Part shown: in pieces, positions 18,176 through 20,000 of the stretch | Position numbering within the stretch: the stretch's first letter is position 1 | Layout of the letters: every line of letters starts with the position of its first letter | Assembly (NCBI RefSeq): GCF_000281045.1 | Contig: NW_008246086.1 | Coordinates: 641,223-661,222 of the forward strand | Origin: Saprolegnia diclina VS20 | Taxonomy: Eukaryota | Direction of reading: 5' to 3' | DNA length: 20,000 nt | Translations under genes and position numbers: made by a program | Notes under the pieces: model-generated | What the model saw: the letters and a program-made list of their open reading frames with translations, nothing else | Databases searched by the model: none | Told to the model about the DNA's origin: nothing

Positions 18176-18270
18176 TGCAGTTCCAATTGCGAAATGCAGT
18201 TTACCGTGTGCCCACTTTGTCGAATGAGCCCAGCATCCCGTTCATTTAAGGCGGCTATGGCATTGAAGAA

Positions 18271-18303
18271 CGTCTTTTAATATCACCGAAGGCGTCTTTT
18301 AAT
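18271..18303. repeat. 11-bp direct repeat CGTCTTTTAAT x2, 22-bp period, upstream of the 17687-18175 gene
   Basis: Exact copies at 18271-18281 and 18293-18303. Confidence 0.7.
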
Positions 18304-19121
18304 GCGATTTTCGAACATGCGCCCGCTTCAGGGCCAAGACGCAAGTTGGAGCGAGTAAAGAAAAGGCAGCCCGTCGTCTTGTTCGCTTCGATATCGAAGC
18401 CGGCGGTCGGCAACGACAAGTACGCCACTCACTTGACAGGCGGTTTGTGTAGCAGCAGCAAGCGCGTTAGCAAAGTTCCCATCCATCTACGGCTTGAACA
18501 ATGTCATCTACCAGTATGTGGATATGGCAGGACGCAATAGTACGTCGGAAGATCGTCCTAAGCCATGGATTGCAGGTTTGCTCTCGAATCCCACATGTAC
18601 TGCATAGCAGCAGAAGGTGTTAGATGAGCTGCTGCTTCCCGCAGATGCCTTCCAGCACCCACGCCATCTGGGATGCAAGCTGCAAAGCGAATAGCCACGC
18701 AGCCGTCGCTGGCGGTCATGCGGATCGGCGTGGTGGTGCGGGGGTGTTGGTGCACACCCCAAGGAAGACAGCAAGACTGTTGGCGATTGTTTTGTCGGTA
18801 GATCTGTTCCAGCGCAACAACGCATGCTCGGTCGATCGATCACGCACCGACTCTGACATGGACGGTTGTGACAGCGTTTGGTCACGTCATCCGATTACGT
18901 GACAAGTGGACCTGTCACATCCAGAGGTCTGGTCCTTGTAGACCATTCGACGGCAGCCGGCTTCAACACTAGAGCTTCACTGGGAGAGGCAACAAACAAA
19001 ATATATGGGAGTGAACGCGAACGCAGTCTTGTGTTTGCTAGTACGACTAACGACGGGTCCCTAGTCCTTCGTAGCTCGCACACGCGCATCCCTTCTTGCG
19101 CTCACCACAAGTGCAGTCGAG

Positions 19122-19847
19122 CTAAGTGTCCGCCGCCGAGTCGATCGAGACGACGCTGAAGCTGCCAAACATCGTTGCGTTCAAATCGAGCGCGACCGTG
19201 ACCGTCTTGGCCGGCGCCGTCACGTTGAGGAAGCTGCCGTCGGGTCGCTGCAACGTCCACGCCGCTGTCGGGCACATGGCCGACGCGGGTGTCGCTTGCA
19301 CACTGCTGCGCATCGCACCGCGCATCAAGCCCTTCGTCGGCGTGCGCATGCGGCCACCAAGATGCGTCGCCGGTCGGTTCCACCACGCATCGTCGTATTT
19401 GGTCGTCGTCACATTCGGCAAGTGAACGTCGCAAGACACTGCGTCCATGACCGTCGTCGTGTAGTCATTTTGCGGCAGCGTCTCCATGAACCCAGCGATC
19501 GATGCGTTGAGCTGCTTGACGTAGCGGTGGTACGCCTTGGGAACGCTCGGGCAATCGTCCGACGCCACGTCGGCAGCGCTCATGTCCGTCACGAGCATCC
19601 ACGGACCGTTGGTCGTGGGCACAGCCTTGAGAAAGGAACCAATGATGTCGTCTTGGGTCTGGTCGAGGCAGTCGGCGACGGCCTTGAGGTACGTGGCGCG
19701 ATACGTCGTGACGGCCGTGCTCGCAGGGACGTGGAAGATACCAGAGTTGCCGCCCGCCGTCGGATGGGCGTGTTCGTGGAATATGCCAATGTGGCGGGCA
19801 TACGTGGCGGTCGCGGCCGCTAGCGCGAGGCCGATGGCACGGAGCAT
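19122..19847 (-). CDS. Hypothetical secreted protein, 241 aa
   Basis: Signal-peptide-like start MLRAIGLALAAATATYA at ATG 19847, gene-like codon usage, four Cys and several N-glycosylation sequons (NAS, NVT, NVT, NAT). I do not recognise a family. Confidence 0.78.
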   Translation of the reverse strand: MLRAIGLALAAATATYARHIGIFHEHAHPTAGGNSGIFHVPASTAVTTYRATYLKAVADCLDQTQDDIIGSFLKAVPTTNGPWMLVTDMSAADVASDDCPSVPKAYHRYVKQLNASIAGFMETLPQNDYTTTVMDAVSCDVHLPNVTTTKYDDAWWNRPATHLGGRMRTPTKGLMRGAMRSSVQATPASAMCPTAAWTLQRPDGSFLNVTAPAKTVTVALDLNATMFGSFSVVSIDSAADT

Positions 19848-19870
19848 CGTCGTTGGTTGCGGCTTTGTGA

Positions 19871-19885
19871 GCAAAGCAAAAGTGA
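19871..19885 (-). promoter_or_regulatory. INR plus FPR-like core promoter of the secreted protein gene
   Basis: The minus strand reads TCACTTT-TG-CTTTGC, an exact INR (YCAYTYY) followed by an FPR-like element, 24-38 nt upstream of ATG 19847. Confidence 0.55.
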
Positions 19886-20000
19886 AATACCAGAGCCAAG
19901 GCTGTGGTGGTCGGGCGAAACCACAAGGAAGAAGAGGTCGGAACCTTCCACCGGGGTGCGTTCGACCAAGCCCTTGACGCCGGCTAGAATATCGAAGACG

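Noticed and set aside
15678..18967. Scattered CTTCAAC/GTTGAAG heptamers (15678, 16451, 18961) resembling the Phytophthora sporulation Myb site
   Set aside because: Short motif with inconsistent position and orientation relative to gene starts; cannot be distinguished from chance.
18346..19159. Several 60-125 aa ORFs in the gap between the Myb-like gene and the secreted protein gene
   Set aside because: They lack the codon bias of the real genes, have no motifs, and overlap one another in conflicting frames.

Overview
Eukaryotic, GC-rich, gene-dense DNA that is almost certainly from an oomycete, most likely Saprolegniales (Saprolegnia/Achlya-like). This is inferred from very short 42-59 nt spliceosomal introns, INR/FPR-type core promoters, a CYP86-clan-like P450 and a CBM1 protein. 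Left to right: the 5' end of an acidic protein gene running off the left edge (-); an 8-exon NOP9 (+); a 6-exon PH-domain protein with two C-terminal hydrophobic helices (+); an intronless 1007-aa phosphatase with a duplicated rhodanese-DSP module (first DSP apparently dead, second intact) plus FYVE (-); an 11-exon IQ-motif protein with a 12-nt microexon, a probable GC-AG intron and an X-box-like element upstream (+); Sec61 alpha (+); a cytochrome P450 (-); a secreted protein with four CBM1-type modules (+); two tandem paralogues of an uncharacterised Myb/SANT-like 'GRWT...CDPMR' family (-); and an unknown secreted protein (-). I saw no rRNA, tRNA, CRISPR or recognisable transposon. Gene models were built by hand from splice signals and frame continuity; no database searches were run.
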